Assembly (NCBI RefSeq): GCF_009834535.1
Contig: NC_045696.1
Location: 28,150,001 to 28,214,000, forward strand
Length of the DNA stretch: 64,000 nucleotides
Direction of reading: 5' to 3'
Source: Camelus ferus
Taxonomy: Eukaryota
A model generated the notes under the pieces. It made no database searches. It had not been told where the DNA came from and saw only the letters and a program-made list of their open reading frames with translations. Of this stretch, positions 25,600 through 39,700 are shown in pieces (within the stretch, counting starts at the first letter, position 1; the number at the start of each line of letters is the position of its first letter). Position numbers and translations under genes: made by a program.

Positions 25600-26320
25600 T
25601 TGCAAAAGGATACACATTTGTAAAAATATAAAAATACAGTATTAGAAATAAAAAATAGATGTTTTAAATACAAACTTCGAGCTGAAATCAGAATTTATGA
25701 ACCAAAGAATGATCTAAGAGAATTACTCACAGAATAGTGGAGAGGCAGGGAGATGAAAGAATAAAAAAAGAAAAGGGATACGGAAGATAGCTTGAGGAAT
25801 TCCTGGCAAAGACTTAATAGGCAGCCTAGAGACATAACAGCTTTAGAATATTTCAAAACTGACAACAAGCATGAAACCACAAGCACGCTCTCTATCTATG
25901 TATCTAGTCATGATCTGTAGAACACACAATCTTACAGCAGACATTAAGGACACCTTACACACAAATGACAGCCAACTGCTCAGCACCGAAATAGAAGCCA
26001 GAAAACAGTCCAACAAAATCACCAAACTGTACTTCAAGTGAAACAGTCTTTCAGGAATGAAGCCAAAATAAAAAGTGGAAGCACTGCTCACCCCAAGACA
26101 ACATAAAGGAACCTTTAAAGATACAATGTGAAATGAGAAAATATAACCTGAAGGAAGGTTTTAGACAGAATAATAATGTGCAAGAGAATTAGTAAATATG
26201 TAAATAAAACTAGAAAAATATTGTCTGTGTGAAATACTTATCATAGTGATAGCTAATGGTTGAGTGTTAAAGGAGCACAGAATTAAAAGCTAGAAAACAC
26301 TAGCATGTAATTTTGGATGG
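25600..26320 (+). mobile_element. Ancient L1 ORF1 relic
   Basis: 'gatctaagagaattactcacagaa', 'gacagccaactgctcagcaccgaaatagaagccagaaaacag'. Confidence 0.55.
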
Positions 26321-26784
26321 AATGTTCCTAGGCATATAGAAGAGAGTGGCTATTTGATGTGGGAGCAAATGGACTTACTCCTCTGTATTTAGGTGTTTGA
26401 TTATTTGAATCAATCTTCTAAACTTAGTGAAAATATCATCTCTATAACAAATCCATTTTTTTTTCTCTTCTAGACTCTGAACTTGGTGAAATCTGGCCAA
26501 GTGTAAAAGGGATCTTTGAATCATTAGCCCTGAATATAGTACCTGGTCACCTGTTGTAAGTAAGATTCACTGAATTAATGAGTGACTAAAATGAGTAAAT
26601 GTTGAGGCCAGTTCTATATTATCACACAATTTAATAATGCATTCATAAAAACCACAAAAATAAGATTATTTCATTTACTTTATATAAAAATGAAGAATGT
26701 TTACAATTTACTAGTGTTTAGTGAGGGGGCATAATATATCTTGCACTCATCTTGACCTCTTAGATGCATTCATTTATAGTTCTG

Positions 26785-26946
26785 CTATGGAAGTCATTGA
26801 ACTTCTCTGTGTCTCAGTTTCCTTATGCCTAAAATGGATAATAACTGACCTGTACTGTTCACAGAGCTGTTATTATGAAAAAACAAAGGAACTGATATAT
26901 AAGAAAAAGTTTAGGAATTTATAAAAACTCCACTGAATGTATTAAG
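26785..26946 (+). mobile_element. MIR SINE
   Basis: 'aagtcattgaacttctctgtgtctcagtttccttatgcctaaaatggataata'. Confidence 0.8.
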
Positions 26947-27049
26947 TGAAGCATCATCAGTATTATACATAGAGATTATATATAGGTATTTTATCAGATA
27001 AATCACTTCCTTTGATTGCATTTAAATATCTCTTGTTTGTACTTTGATG

Positions 27050-27650
27050 AGAAAAAAATAATTATAGTGCTAGAGAAAAATTTAAAAACAGGTAAGTATA
27101 AAAAAGAAAAATGCAAAGTCACCTGACTTCCAAGTATGCACTGATAACCATTACAATATTGATAATGTTATGGACAGCTTATTTCCATCTCTTGGTACTA
27201 CCGCTCCTGCCAATGCTACTAACAGACACACACTCATATACAGTGTCGAAATTAATTTATAGTAGGCATATATCTATCTACCTATGCTATGTTTCATGTA
27301 TCATGCCGTGCTTTCATTTTCACCCACCACTCCATGTTGGAAATATTCCACAACTTAAAAATTTCTCAGCTTACATTCTTTTTAGATGGCTCTACAACAG
27401 TGTGTTGCAGTGCAATAACTATATGTAGCTACTCTTCCACTGGATACTGGTCTTTTCCCAATTCTTAGTAATGAAAATAACATGAAAATAAACATTTATA
27501 CAATCTCTGTGTGAATCTACTGTTTTCCCTTTGAAGTGAAACAATGATTTTTTTTTCCCAAATGATACAAACATAAAGCTCAAGATACATTGAGCCAAAT
27601 TCCCCTCCAGAAAAAGTTATTGAGGTAGAAGGCCATCAACAGTATAGGAA
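27050..27650 (-). mobile_element. L1ME 3' relic
   Basis: 'ataaccattacaatattg', 'ttttcccaattctt...aataacatgaaaataaacattt', 'gatacattgagccaaattcccctccagaaaa'. Confidence 0.5.
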
Positions 27651-28246
27651 AGGGTCAATAAAAATAACCAGTTTTCTGAAGTGATCAACTTCAAGAATCT
27701 GGAAATTTTTATCATCATTAAATTATTATTATATATGATTTGTTATTAATGCCAAGATAGATATGGCCTTATTCTTATATTGCTTATATTACATTATTAG
27801 GAATAATCACACTGATCTTTTTAAGGGCAATACCCTGGATTATATATGTAATATCAAGACAGTTTACATGATTATATGAATTATAGGTGCATTATGGAAT
27901 ATTACATAATATATTCAGGAACATTTTGGGCATGCGATATAGATGTGATAAACAGTAATTTCTATAATTCCTAAATATATATTTTTTGACTTGGTCTTAG
28001 TACAGTTAAGCATTGGTATGTTATACTCACATTTTTATTAATGGTGCCTTTGTAACTAAATATATTTTTTGTTAATTTGTTGTATAAACAAAACAATACC
28101 ATAAGAATTTCCTAAACTTCCTGGCCATAACTGAAGCCAGATTTTGGATCACGTTTTAGTTGTGGCACAGAAAATAGGAAGAGTCAATCTGTCAATGGCA
28201 AACATGACGATGTAGCAACTATGAATTTAGTTGACCTGATACTCAC

Positions 28247-28285
28247 CAGGCTGGTCCTCAGCCAATAACACCAGCTGCACAAGAA
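28247..28285 (-). other. Candidate 39-bp exon (unproven)
   Basis: Reverse strand: cctgctgtcttccag|TTCTTG...AGCCTG|gtgagt. Confidence 0.2.
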
Positions 28286-30231
28286 CTGGAAGACAGCAGG
28301 TAAAACCCATAAACCACAAGTAATTTAATAGCACAGCTCACAAATATAAGAGTATTCAGGTCTAAAATCGACAAGGTTATTAAGAGATGCCTGAAGTCTC
28401 ACGGAAATTTAAAGGAGAGTCAATGACAATTTGGTTAGGGAGGAAGAAGAACAAGATGTGGGACAAAAACTCTAATTGCAAGTAATAAAATAGTATGTAA
28501 ATACTACCAGCAAAATATACAGCTCATAATTTTGGACAAAGATGCATGGAGACCCAATCATAAAAATCTTGAGCTGGATTCTTCTTAACAGTTAATCAAT
28601 TCATCACACAGAGAACTGTTTATGAAAACAGTGACAACTAATATCAATCAAAAAGCCTGAAGGAAAGTAAGCTATAGATTTTGATTCCTGCTTATCTTCA
28701 AAGGAATAGTGTTAGAGTCCTCCTAAAGATTTTCCTCTAGAAAGTATGCATTTTCTTCTAGCTTAAATGTTTGTTATTTTGTTGAAATCTTCTGAATAAA
28801 ATCTGTTATCTGCAGGATTTAGACCTAGAGTAGATGAAATAATTTACCTGTTTTGCTCTTGCTCTCTTAGCAATTTTATAGACAACATCTCTGAATTTAC
28901 TTATATTGCTAAGGCACTGAGAAGGATCAAAAGCCAAACAAATGCATTTTTAAGTTAAAAATCTTTCAAACCATTTGTGGACCCAGAACAATCTTGATAA
29001 GCTAGGAAAACATACTGCAGAAAATAAACACTGACCAGGCATGCACATTTGACTGTTTTACTTCCAACTCTCATTGCTTGAATTGAAAATGCACACATTC
29101 AAAAAGACAACTATAAAATAATTTGAGAAAATATTATTTACCTCACAAATATTTTATTCAACTTTTTAGTGTATCAATGAGTGTATCACTTGCAAAGGTA
29201 TTATTGTACTATGAAATTTTCTTCCAACTTCTACTTTGTGCATGTTTTATAATGCACATATATTAGAAGCACGTGTTCTTTTTTTAACGCTAGTGGTACT
29301 CTATAGCAGAAGTTTAGAGAAAGAATAGCCACAAATAATTACACTAGAGGGTGTGTTTGTGTGTGAGTGTAGCCATGAAACTTTGTGTGGTCAGTATGTT
29401 TGTTTTGTGGGTTAAGTGGGAGGGAAATGAACGAACAGAGCTATGTCTCGATTCCTTTTGACTTTGGGGCAGTTCCACCAATTCTTAAAGGAGCACTATC
29501 CTTGAAAGCATAAAGTAGAACATCATAAAGAGACAGAACAAGGAGAAGAATTAGGGAGCAGAAGTAGAAATGTCAAGGAGTTCCAGGGATTGGGAGATAG
29601 GCAGGGAGACCTAAGGAAGATGAAGAACTTGAGCTGCTTACAAGGGTCTGATAATAGCATTGTTTTAATACTAATTTCAGAGTATTATATAAAAAGAAAT
29701 TCTAAGATTCAGAAACTGCCTTCATCTTTAATATATTTAATTTTCATTACCCATGACAACAAACTTGCTTCAAGGCAATGATATAATTACTATTAAGTAC
29801 AGATATATTCCGAATTTCTACCAATACTTAAACAATTTAAGCATTGAAATAGAGTATTTTCCCACACTATATATCTCTTCTAAAATGTATCCAGCTTTAT
29901 GATATTTTAAACAACTCTAAACAAAAGAATCATCAAAGAAACAGAGGAATTTTTCTTTCTTTCTGTGACCTGGAATAAACTAAATCTATCAATGGAAAAT
30001 TTTCAAAGAAGGATGAGAAATAATTTGCTGCGTTTAGTTTGACATTGGGGGTGTTAAATTGTGACAGGGAATAAACAAGCATAAACTATGTGCAGGGAAG
30101 AATGTTCTAACAAGCTATAATAGGATGTATACTCATTCTTTGATTTTTCTTGCCATTCATTATACTATTGTAATGTTATAATTACCTACTGGTCACAGTG
30201 ATAAGCCATTGTGTAATTATCTCCTCCACAG

Positions 30232-30306
30232 TGTGTCTAAAGGATAAAGGGAAAAATAACTTGAGCATGCTAAGGATGCTAAATAACCTGCAGCCACCAA
30301 CACAAG
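30232..30306 (+). other. Candidate 75-bp exon (unproven)
   Basis: attatctcctccacag|TGTG...ACAAG|gtaagc in unique DNA; one frame open; no recognised protein. Confidence 0.2.
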
Positions 30307-31739
30307 GTAAGCACAGCCATTAAATACTTCTTATTAATTGAAAAAGGTTAAAAGTAAAATGCAGAGATCTTTTCATTAAACAGCAGAAGGAACATGGCAA
30401 CATTTCTCTTAAATAAATAATAATGTTGCATTTCAGAAGGAAGCTAATGAAATGCTTATATTTATGGCTTAAAACTCCAAGCTGCAGTTAACATTTCTAT
30501 AAAATTAATTTTGACTAAAAGGCTCCATAAGCTGGAACTCCATTCATTTTGTATTGGTCATTTGTTGAACTAAAAGAAGTGCTGAAGCAGAAGGTATCTG
30601 TAAAGGAAAGAATATTGATAGCCACTGCAGCAAGCATAAATAAGAGTGTCTTGCTGAATGTGTGTGGAAAATAAAGACATTATTTATACTCAGTGGCAGG
30701 TCCACAATGGTTTTTGGCAAGAAAAGTCAAAAAGGGGTGATTTATGGGCTTCTTTAAGAACTTAAGTAGAGTTCTAAGAAACTGGTCTAAAAATGAATCA
30801 GTTGGCGTGAGATGATTAAACATAGGAAGAAAAATTCTAATTCCTCCTCATGAAAATGAGTATACATGCACAATTATGCTTAAGCAGTCCACTATTTCAA
30901 TAACAGTAATTTAGGTCTATTTTCATAAATTGTTTATTTGCTATGAAATTTATTTTGAGCAAAGTAAAGTTAAATCATGTTCCATGGACATAACAGACTA
31001 CAAGAATTAAATTTTGAATTGGATACATTTTTCAGAAATATTTAGTTATGCAATAGATATCAACACGAAAGACTGAATTTATGTGTTCATGCAATCTTTA
31101 AAAAAGAGAACTTCTCCAAAGGAGTCAACTTTCTACAAAATATGTAAATCTCATGGTCTTCATATAATGCTAAAATAGAAGCATTAGTCCATGCTTCTGA
31201 GCTTCCTGGCAATCAAAGTAATGAAGGGAATATGAAGTTTTGAGGTGAAGTAGCTTTCCTATCACATTATAAAAAGCATGTGAACTCATGTGGAGAGACA
31301 AAAAGTTTTAATTCTAATGCTAAACATTTATTGTGTGGTTCTTTCAAAAGGGGAACTGACTCAGCATAATAATCAATGTTTGCCAAAAGCTTTACACAAA
31401 TTAATGCTCAATAAATGTAACACAACATATTGCCTGGCCTACTCAAAACTACTAAAATGATTTTGATATGAGCTTTTCTGTTTATCTCAGGAAAAAAAAT
31501 CAACACTGTGCTATCAAAAGGTATCTCTGTCAAATGGGGACTTTCTAATATTTGAGGGATAGCACAGACCCCTTTAGCAGCTAGAAGGAGACTAGACACC
31601 CTTCTCAGAATAAAGGTAATAAATGTGTAACATTAAAAATAGCATTGCAAAGAAAGCTACATAAATATAGTTTTCAAAATGTATTTTGAGTTATACTATT
31701 ATAATCTGTAACAGCTATCATGCTTCAGAGTATTCATGC

Positions 31740-32156
31740 CATTCTATAGATGCCTCTCATGTTGAATCCAGGCTAGTGGAATTAACAAAGTTAGGTCAGA
31801 AGAAGATTTGCAGCTTCTGCCTTGGTCTCCTGGACCAAGGAATGTTTTGGAACATGCCCTCTTGGAACTTAGCCACTATAGGGCAGAGAGAAACCATGTG
31901 TAGGTGCTCTGTCAATCACAGCTAACCTACCAGCCTACTACCAGCATCAACTGTCAGTCTGGTCAGTGAGTCATCCGGAACACCCACCCCAGATGAGCTT
32001 TCAGATAGCTCCAGTCCCAGCTGACATCTGAATGGGACTCATGAGGGACACCCCCCCCCACCAGAACTACCAGTCCAGTAAGATCAATGAAACAAACCAT
32101 TGCTTAAGATACTAAGTTCTTGGGTGATTTACTAGACAGCCATAAATAAGTGGACA
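31740..32156 (+). mobile_element. MaLR LTR (MLT1H-like)
   Basis: 'gcagcttctgccttggtctcctgga...ccagcatcaactgtcag...cccagctgacatctgaatg...actaagttcttgggtgattt...ataaataagtggaca'. Confidence 0.8.
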
Positions 32157-35100
32157 AATGTGATTCTTTATTAATGCATTAAGTAATAAGATCATGCAGT
32201 GTCTAGTAACCACAGTGATTTCAGATCAGTGATAAGCATAAAGTATATTCAAGATTTTTGAACATCTAGAGTGTTCTTTGGAAATTCTGAGATTTCTATT
32301 GAGGCTAAAGCCATAGATACTGCCATACAATACTCTGGTTAATTGCTCACATAAACAATTAAGGAAATGTTTAATTTAATTAGAACTTAGTAGAAATAAA
32401 AGTGAAACATTTTTTCCCTGTTAAAGGATTCTCCTGAATTCTAAGCATGATTGTAGACTCCAAGTTAAGAACTTCTGAGCTAAATCATTGCTTCAAGATG
32501 CAACAATTGTGGAGAGGATTTCTCTTACTTAATACATAAGCTTTGCTTTTTAAATAGGGAAGCAACTCCAGTGGGTTATTTAATCCAAACTTTGAAGACA
32601 GCTATCAGACTACTCTTAATGACATAAAAACTGAAAAGTATATAATATACAACATAATGATAAATCCCTCCTGAATATTTAATTGAATCAGCAGTTCAAA
32701 TACTGATTTCAGAAATAAGAAAGCACCAAAAGTTCTAGGCTGACACTTTCTTGTCACCAAACTTAACTCCATTCAGTTAGCATAGGTCTATGCTTACTTT
32801 CCCTAGGCCCACTTTCAAATTTTACTAAATGTATCTCTGGAAATATTAAACGATACAGTATCTTCATCACTATGCCCCATGTTTAACGCTTGTTTTTCAC
32901 CCCCTACCTAGTCTAGATGCATGATGACAAGTATGGATCATCTTGAGTGCTGACTCTGATGAGTAGTGTCAACCTGGAATCCTCTATGGAGGATCTGAAG
33001 GCGAGATCAGAGTCCCAAGGAAGAATAACATGATTAACCATCAATATTTTCCATGCGTATCGGAAGGTTGAGAGGTAGAAACTTTCACAGAACTCCAGTT
33101 GCTAAAAATTAGGAAAATAAAGCCACTCCCCTCCAAAAGTTAAGCAAAGTAAGGCTAGCTTAAGATTGCATTGGAAATAAACTGGGCCAGTAATCAAAAC
33201 ACCTACAAATTCTTCTACAGCCATTTAATCAAAACACCTTCAAGTTTATAATCTTCGCAGAAGTTTTGTTTCAAGATCAGTTTAGATCACCAGGCAAGAT
33301 AGAAGACATTTTTATTGTTACTCATTAAATAGTAGACTATAGAAAACATTTTTTAAAAAAATAACACCACCAAGTATTTTGAGGAACCAAGAGAATGTGA
33401 CATCTTTTGGAAAACTAATTTAAAATGTTAAAAGTTATACATGAAAGATTTGGCTTATCTGTCAGGATATATCTGACGCTCAGCTATCTAAGGGAAAACT
33501 ACCAAATAAACTGACCTCTCATGCCTTTTCAAAAATCTTATTTTGCTGTCAAAGGATTCAATTCATTCTCCCCTATCTCCCCCCAATTTCCAAGTTTCTG
33601 AACTATCACTTTATTAAACGTTTCATTTCCACTTGACCTCAATATAGATTAAAAGCAATGATGCCTTGTGTAAAGTGTACTAAATAAATGTTGCTAGTGA
33701 TTTCCTCTTGAGGTCCACAGGCATTAATGGAGATAACATGATTCAATTGCCGATTGTTGCTTTTAGCCAACATTTTCTTATCCCTGAGTGGCTGGTCATT
33801 CAAGTTAATTATTACCATCCTGAGAAAAAGCTCCTGTTGCATAATGAAAGTTCTGACTATTTGGTCAGAGACAATCTCCTATAGCTTCCAGAAAGAAGCA
33901 TTATTCACAAATTGAAGACATTTAATTAGCAGCTGATTTTTTTTTTTTTTTTTAGCATTACAGTTTGTGTGGTCTCTTTTTCTCTCTACCCATCAGCTTT
34001 TATCTTTTCATCTACACTATCTTTGTCGCAGCTGGGTTTTGATAGCTTAGATAGTAACAGCAGTGCAAAACTAGCATCTAGATGTGAATAACAATATGCA
34101 GCATACTCAGTGGTCTGGATTACCATCAACGCCATGTCGAGAGGTCACCTATGCCCCAAGTCTGGAGCACAAGGGCCAGCAGCTCTGTTTATAATCATCC
34201 CAGTTACTGCTCACAATACTGCATTTGACATACATGTAACGCATTTTAAAGATAATGATATGTTGCCCAGCCTACTTAATGGGTAATGTTTAATACTTTT
34301 AACAACCAACCATAGTTATTTTTGATGAAATATCTTTGTAAGTTTTTCTTTTCATAGGAAAGCCCATTCTACACCAATAATACCACAGCCTCCACCATTC
34401 CCCTGGCAATGCTGCAATGCACAAGAATTTAAACAGATGGAATGGGTGATGGGAGTGCCCTGTTTTGTGACCTAAAGCCACCCTTCTTTCCCTTGGGATC
34501 AAAGGTGAAGTTGTTTTCCATGCTAACTCTTTGTCCTGAGGCAGAGTCTATCAACTCTGCCACGTTTCTGCTGAATTATACGATGGTTCTGAAGTGTGAG
34601 CGGATGTTCCCTTGAGACTGCGTTTCAATCTGATTCATTTCCATAAGAAAAAAGAACCCTAGCATAACAAAATAAAATGACCATATTTTATAGGCAATAA
34701 GAGGGAAGATCAGATGCAATTGATAATACTCACCAGATCTTTAAGATAAATTTGCGGTGAATGCAATTAGCCCCACTCCCCCCACTCCACCCTGCCTAAA
34801 ACTATATCTTTCCAACTCTCTTAAAAGAATTGGACATACTGTGCTTCATACACCTTATGAACATCACGTGTACATTTAAGTCATATTGATTTTAAATGTT
34901 TTACATATTTTGATACTTTGGCATCTCTGTTAAGACAATAATACTATATCAAAATTACATGAATAACAATGACTTCCTCTTATCACACACCAGAAGCAAC
35001 AGAAAATTTTTCTCAGACATATGAAATTTAAAACTGAAAAAGTAATTTTAAGATTGTTTCTTAAGAGGTTTATTTTTAGTGATATAAATTAAGCTTAACC

Positions 35101-35629
35101 TTTTGTGTTATAAACTATATTCAGTTAGGAATTAAATTATTATATGAGAAATATGATTTTGGTTACCCCAACACTTAAAGTATAGAAATAAAGCACTTAA
35201 CTGTCTTTTATAGATTAAAACATAATGTTTTTATAAGATCTCTCTAGTGATGCCAATATTATTCTAATAAATTGTACTAATAGAGGATCTTGGTTTAAAA
35301 TACAGTAGTCTTAGATCTACGTTCATCTTTTAGTTATCCATTTCTCACTTTTTGTTTTTTAGCATGTCACTAACATTTGATACTATTTCTAAAGCTTAAT
35401 TTTGGACTTTTGTGCTGGTTATGTCAGTATTTAAAATTCCTCTTATATTTCATCTCCTTGACTCTAGTCAAGGCAAAGAACAAACATTAGAACTATTAAA
35501 AATCCCTTTAACCATTTTTAATTTTTCATAGTTAATGGACCAAATCATAGACAATCAAGAGACTTAACACCCACTTTAGCTTAAGTATATTTATTAGGTC
35601 CTGGTATTTCTATTATCTTTTCTACCTCC

Positions 35630-36136
35630 AGCAGGCAGCATCTAAAAGGGTCCCCAGTGCTCACTGCCTCCTGGGGTCCATGGCCTTGTGTAAGTCTTTC
35701 CTCTTAAATAACTTGCTTCCAATTAATGGATTACGGCAATGTTGAGTGGACAGCGTGTCCACGATTAAGTTAGAAAAGATTGGGGCATATGTCTTGCCCA
35801 CAGATTCTCTTTATTCTTTCTTGGCTTGTCTGCTTGGTGAGGCAATCAGCTGTGTTACAGAGAACCATGAGGTAAGGAACTTTGACTCTGGCCAACAGGG
35901 AACGAAGGCCCTCAGCCCAATCACCAGTCAACTGTGTGAATGAACTTAGACGTTGAGCCTTCAGGTCAGACCCCAGTTCTAGGAGACATCTTGACTGAAG
36001 TCTCATGAGAGACCAAGAAACAAAGGCCTAAGCCATGTCTGAATCCCTGACCCCCAGGGAGTCTGAGACAAATAAAAGTGTTTAAGTCTCTAAGTTTTGG
36101 GGATCATTGCTTAATTATCAATAGATAAATAATACA
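35630..36136 (+). mobile_element. MaLR LTR (MLT1E/F-like)
   Basis: 'ctgcctcctggggtccatggccttgtgtaag...gaaggccctcagccca...catcttgactgaagtctcatgagagacc...taagttttggggatcattg...aatagataaataataca'. Confidence 0.85.
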
Positions 36137-36289
36137 CTTCCTTAGACTTTATTTACCTGGGGGTTTCCTGCCACTTTTCAAAAATCTAGAGTGTTCCTGT
36201 GTCCCCACACGGAAGTGGTAGAAGCCTTTCTCTGTAAATCCTCACCCTCCCTCCTTGCCAGCACAGACTGTCATTTTTCTTTGGTTATC

Positions 36290-36743
36290 ATTACCCCATA
36301 AACTCCAGGAAGATGCTTCCTTTTCCAGTCCTCTGGGGTTGCATCAGTATTAACCTCAAACAATCACTGCAGACTGATTTTCCTTGCCAATGCAAGTCAC
36401 TGGTATGTGGCCCTATCCTTGCCAATGAGGTCTGAGTGAAAGTCTACTAGAGAACTCATAGGAATGGTTTCCCAATCCAAAGAAAAGGATGAGTGGGAAG
36501 AAACACCTCTCTTCTTACTCATATTTGCAGGCAATGCCACCATCATGCAACTAGAAAGAGAGCCATTGTCACTTTCAGAGTAGCAGGAAAAAGATGAATG
36601 TGATTCTTATGATGTTATGTTATAATGCCACTAAATTAATCATCCTAGAATTACTCTCCCATCTTTTATTTTATGTGGCACAATGAAGCTAATTTTATAT
36701 GGGTCTTCTATAACCTGCAGTTAAGAACATCCTTGCTGATACA
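36290..36743 (+). mobile_element. Old ERVL/MaLR LTR (LTR16/LTR33/MLT1L-like)
   Basis: 'gccaatgaggtctgagtgaaagtctactagag...gggtcttctataacctgcagttaagaacatccttgctgataca'. Confidence 0.65.
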
Positions 36744-39700
36744 CTTGCTAGAATGTATGCCTTCTAACTGATGCTGAATACGTGCAGAGCTTTCTGTTCG
36801 GGTGCCAGGACAGGTAGGAGTCCCTTACACAGCATTAATTACTTAAAATGGTCAAGCTCCCAGAGATATAGTTGTTTCTAAAATTTTTATTTAAACCTTC
36901 GAATTATATCTGGCCCTTATTTGTTCTCAACAACAACTTGCAGCTCTGGAACCATACAAGTGAGATCTCATACAGCCAAATCAGGAATGGAAGACTAAAC
37001 TCAAACAAGAGTCTAGAAGCCTTTCTCTACTGGGCTCCTCATCTGCATTGCAGAGCACAGTATGTGATGTGAATGACTATTTTATCAGTTCTGTGGAGGA
37101 CGGTAAGTAAGCATTGTGTAAATGCCATTCTAGTAGAGAAGTTAATTCATTACAGACGAGGGGTGCCTTCAGGCATCTGGACTTGAATCACTCGTGGGAC
37201 ACCAGTTGTCAAAGGATGTTCTGCTTGTTAACCCCATACTTCCACAGCTACACTAGCTCCCCTCCATTCTCCAACCCATGTATCTATTTTTCTCCAACAA
37301 AACCTCTAACAGTGCAATATTCTTGATCCTTCCATTCTCAGGATTGGACTTTGTATAAAATTATTTTATCCAGTCATCTTTTCCAGAAGTACCTTTTTGT
37401 AAGGACATCATATAGGGATTCAAATCTAATCTATATTACAGTGCCTGATATGTACTAGGATTTTAATGAATGCTCAATGTTGAAAGATCAAAAAAAGGGC
37501 AGCTGATATATTAGCTGATTCTGATTATGGCAGAGTCCAAATTCCAAACTCCTGCTAAATGAGGAATGATAAATTGATTTTGTTATGCACTAATTCAGTA
37601 TCTCACTGTTCACATGTATTTTACTTTTAAATTATTTTGTTGATATTATGTCTGAAAAATTGCTTTTCACACTATTACATTCTATTTGCCAACATCAAGG
37701 CTTTTATGGTCTTTTTAATTAAGCCAAATATATTTGTGCTTACATTTCTTGCAAAGGGAAAACACACTTTTCAGCTGACAGTTAATACAATGCGAATGAG
37801 GTATATAAAGGGACTCAAATCTGTACAGGGACTGTCTGAAATTAAACTTATGTTTATACACAGGAGCGGGTTGCAGGGAAAAGAGTAATAAGGACATTTC
37901 AAATGCAAGTTCAAAGAGCGCTTTGTGACACAGTTTAAGCTCCATCTCATAGTCTTAGGGTTGACTAATTGAATTGCTATTGATAAGATGTCACTTAAAG
38001 AGACATCTCTGCAGTGAAACATGGGTTTGCTGTAAATGACCTGTCATTAAAGTCGTGGGTAATGTCCGTATCTAGAATGAATTCAAATGTACCTACTAGC
38101 ATTGTGCTCTGGAGGAGTTAAACCAGCAAGGATGGGAGGAACACAGTGTCAGTGATCCATTAGAGAATTATGCCTCAGGTGCTATGTTAATTTACTTGCT
38201 AGCAAACATTAATTGAAGCCAATCAATAAACCATGTAGAAAAGCTGAAACTGCAGCTACATTGTCAGCTACACTCAGATGTATTTTTACCTAAAATATGT
38301 GGAATATTAGTTTTGAGTTTTTAAGTTATATCAATGTGGATATTATAATTAGTTTTTGTATAATTTCCATACAAAAGGTGATAATATAGAAATCATAACT
38401 TGGAGAAATGGTTTCTAAATCAGGTTTTCCCAAGTGTCCTATATTTAACCAGAAATCACTTAGACAACTAAAATTCAAATTATGCCAGTATATAAATATT
38501 TTCATCAAAACCCAAATATTTATTATTTACCTTGTAAAATGAAATCATAAGTGTTTCTGGGTCTGTGCTAAATTTCAGCCATTCTGCCATTTTATAGAAA
38601 CATCAACCAACTAACACAGATAGGTAAGATTTTCTACAATCTGCCTCTGTAGCAAGATACAAAAACCTTTTGCATAAAAATATGCATTTTTTAAATATAT
38701 TTTAATCCTTCATACTGAAGATGAATTAATCCTTTTCCCCCATTTTTTCCACATCTCAGTAGAGACTTCCTACTAATGTGACTAAAATAGGTAAAATACC
38801 CTATTACAAACAGAGTAAACACATTTTTCAAAACAGATTTTAGAGAAGACATATATTACCTCCCAAAAGTTAGTAGTATGTTTTTCTCTAAAGTAAAGCT
38901 CCATATATTGTAACCTGCTTTTAGATTTAATGTGATTTTTAATTGCCCAGTCATCACTAGGCTAGTGTTCCTCAAGACTGATTTCAATGACTTCAAAATA
39001 AAAACAATCATGGCATTCCTTATCACACGTGTACACAGTTACATTTATGAGAATTCATCTATGCCAGAAAGCAGACAATATGCCAATACTGGCCAGTCAC
39101 TTAATAAGGAATACTTAGACACCTCTTGTCACTCTTAGAAAATTATAAATTGTCTTAATCTCCATTCATATTTCATTTATATTTCTCTGTTTCATTATAT
39201 CACCTCTGACCTTAATGCTAACCTTTATTGTTAACTGAGGGGGATTAAAAAGGTGAAAAATTATAATTAAAAAGGTGAAATATTTGTAAACCAGCCTTGA
39301 CAAACTCATTTAAAATAAATCAAATTTTAATATTGATAATTACACATATCAAAGTTATATTACCATTAAAATATGACTGTATTTCCTCATTTGGTATAAA
39401 AAACCTGTACACAAACTTTCTATATATTTTACATAATCATTTCTTTTATCAAATTTCAATAGTATATGCCTTCAAAAAACCTAATTTCAGTCACTTGAAA
39501 TTGCTTCCACTTAAAAATCATGATTTTACTGATTTTTCCCCCAAATTCTATATTAAGCCATTTGATGAAAATCTTTTCATAGCAAGCTCTCTTCCAATAA
39601 ATCACTATAATTTGGCATGGTTTCCTTTATTTCTGACTGAAAAGCTTCATAGATTTATAGAAGAGTAATATGAAATACTGTCATCAGTTATTTTGGGGAA

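Noticed and set aside
34754..34764. 11-nt match to miR-124 (gcggtgaatgc)
   Set aside because: Seed region absent and no hairpin
39297..39668. 123-aa ORF
   Set aside because: TTG start, I/F/K/N-rich composition reflecting AT-rich DNA, no domain or splice support
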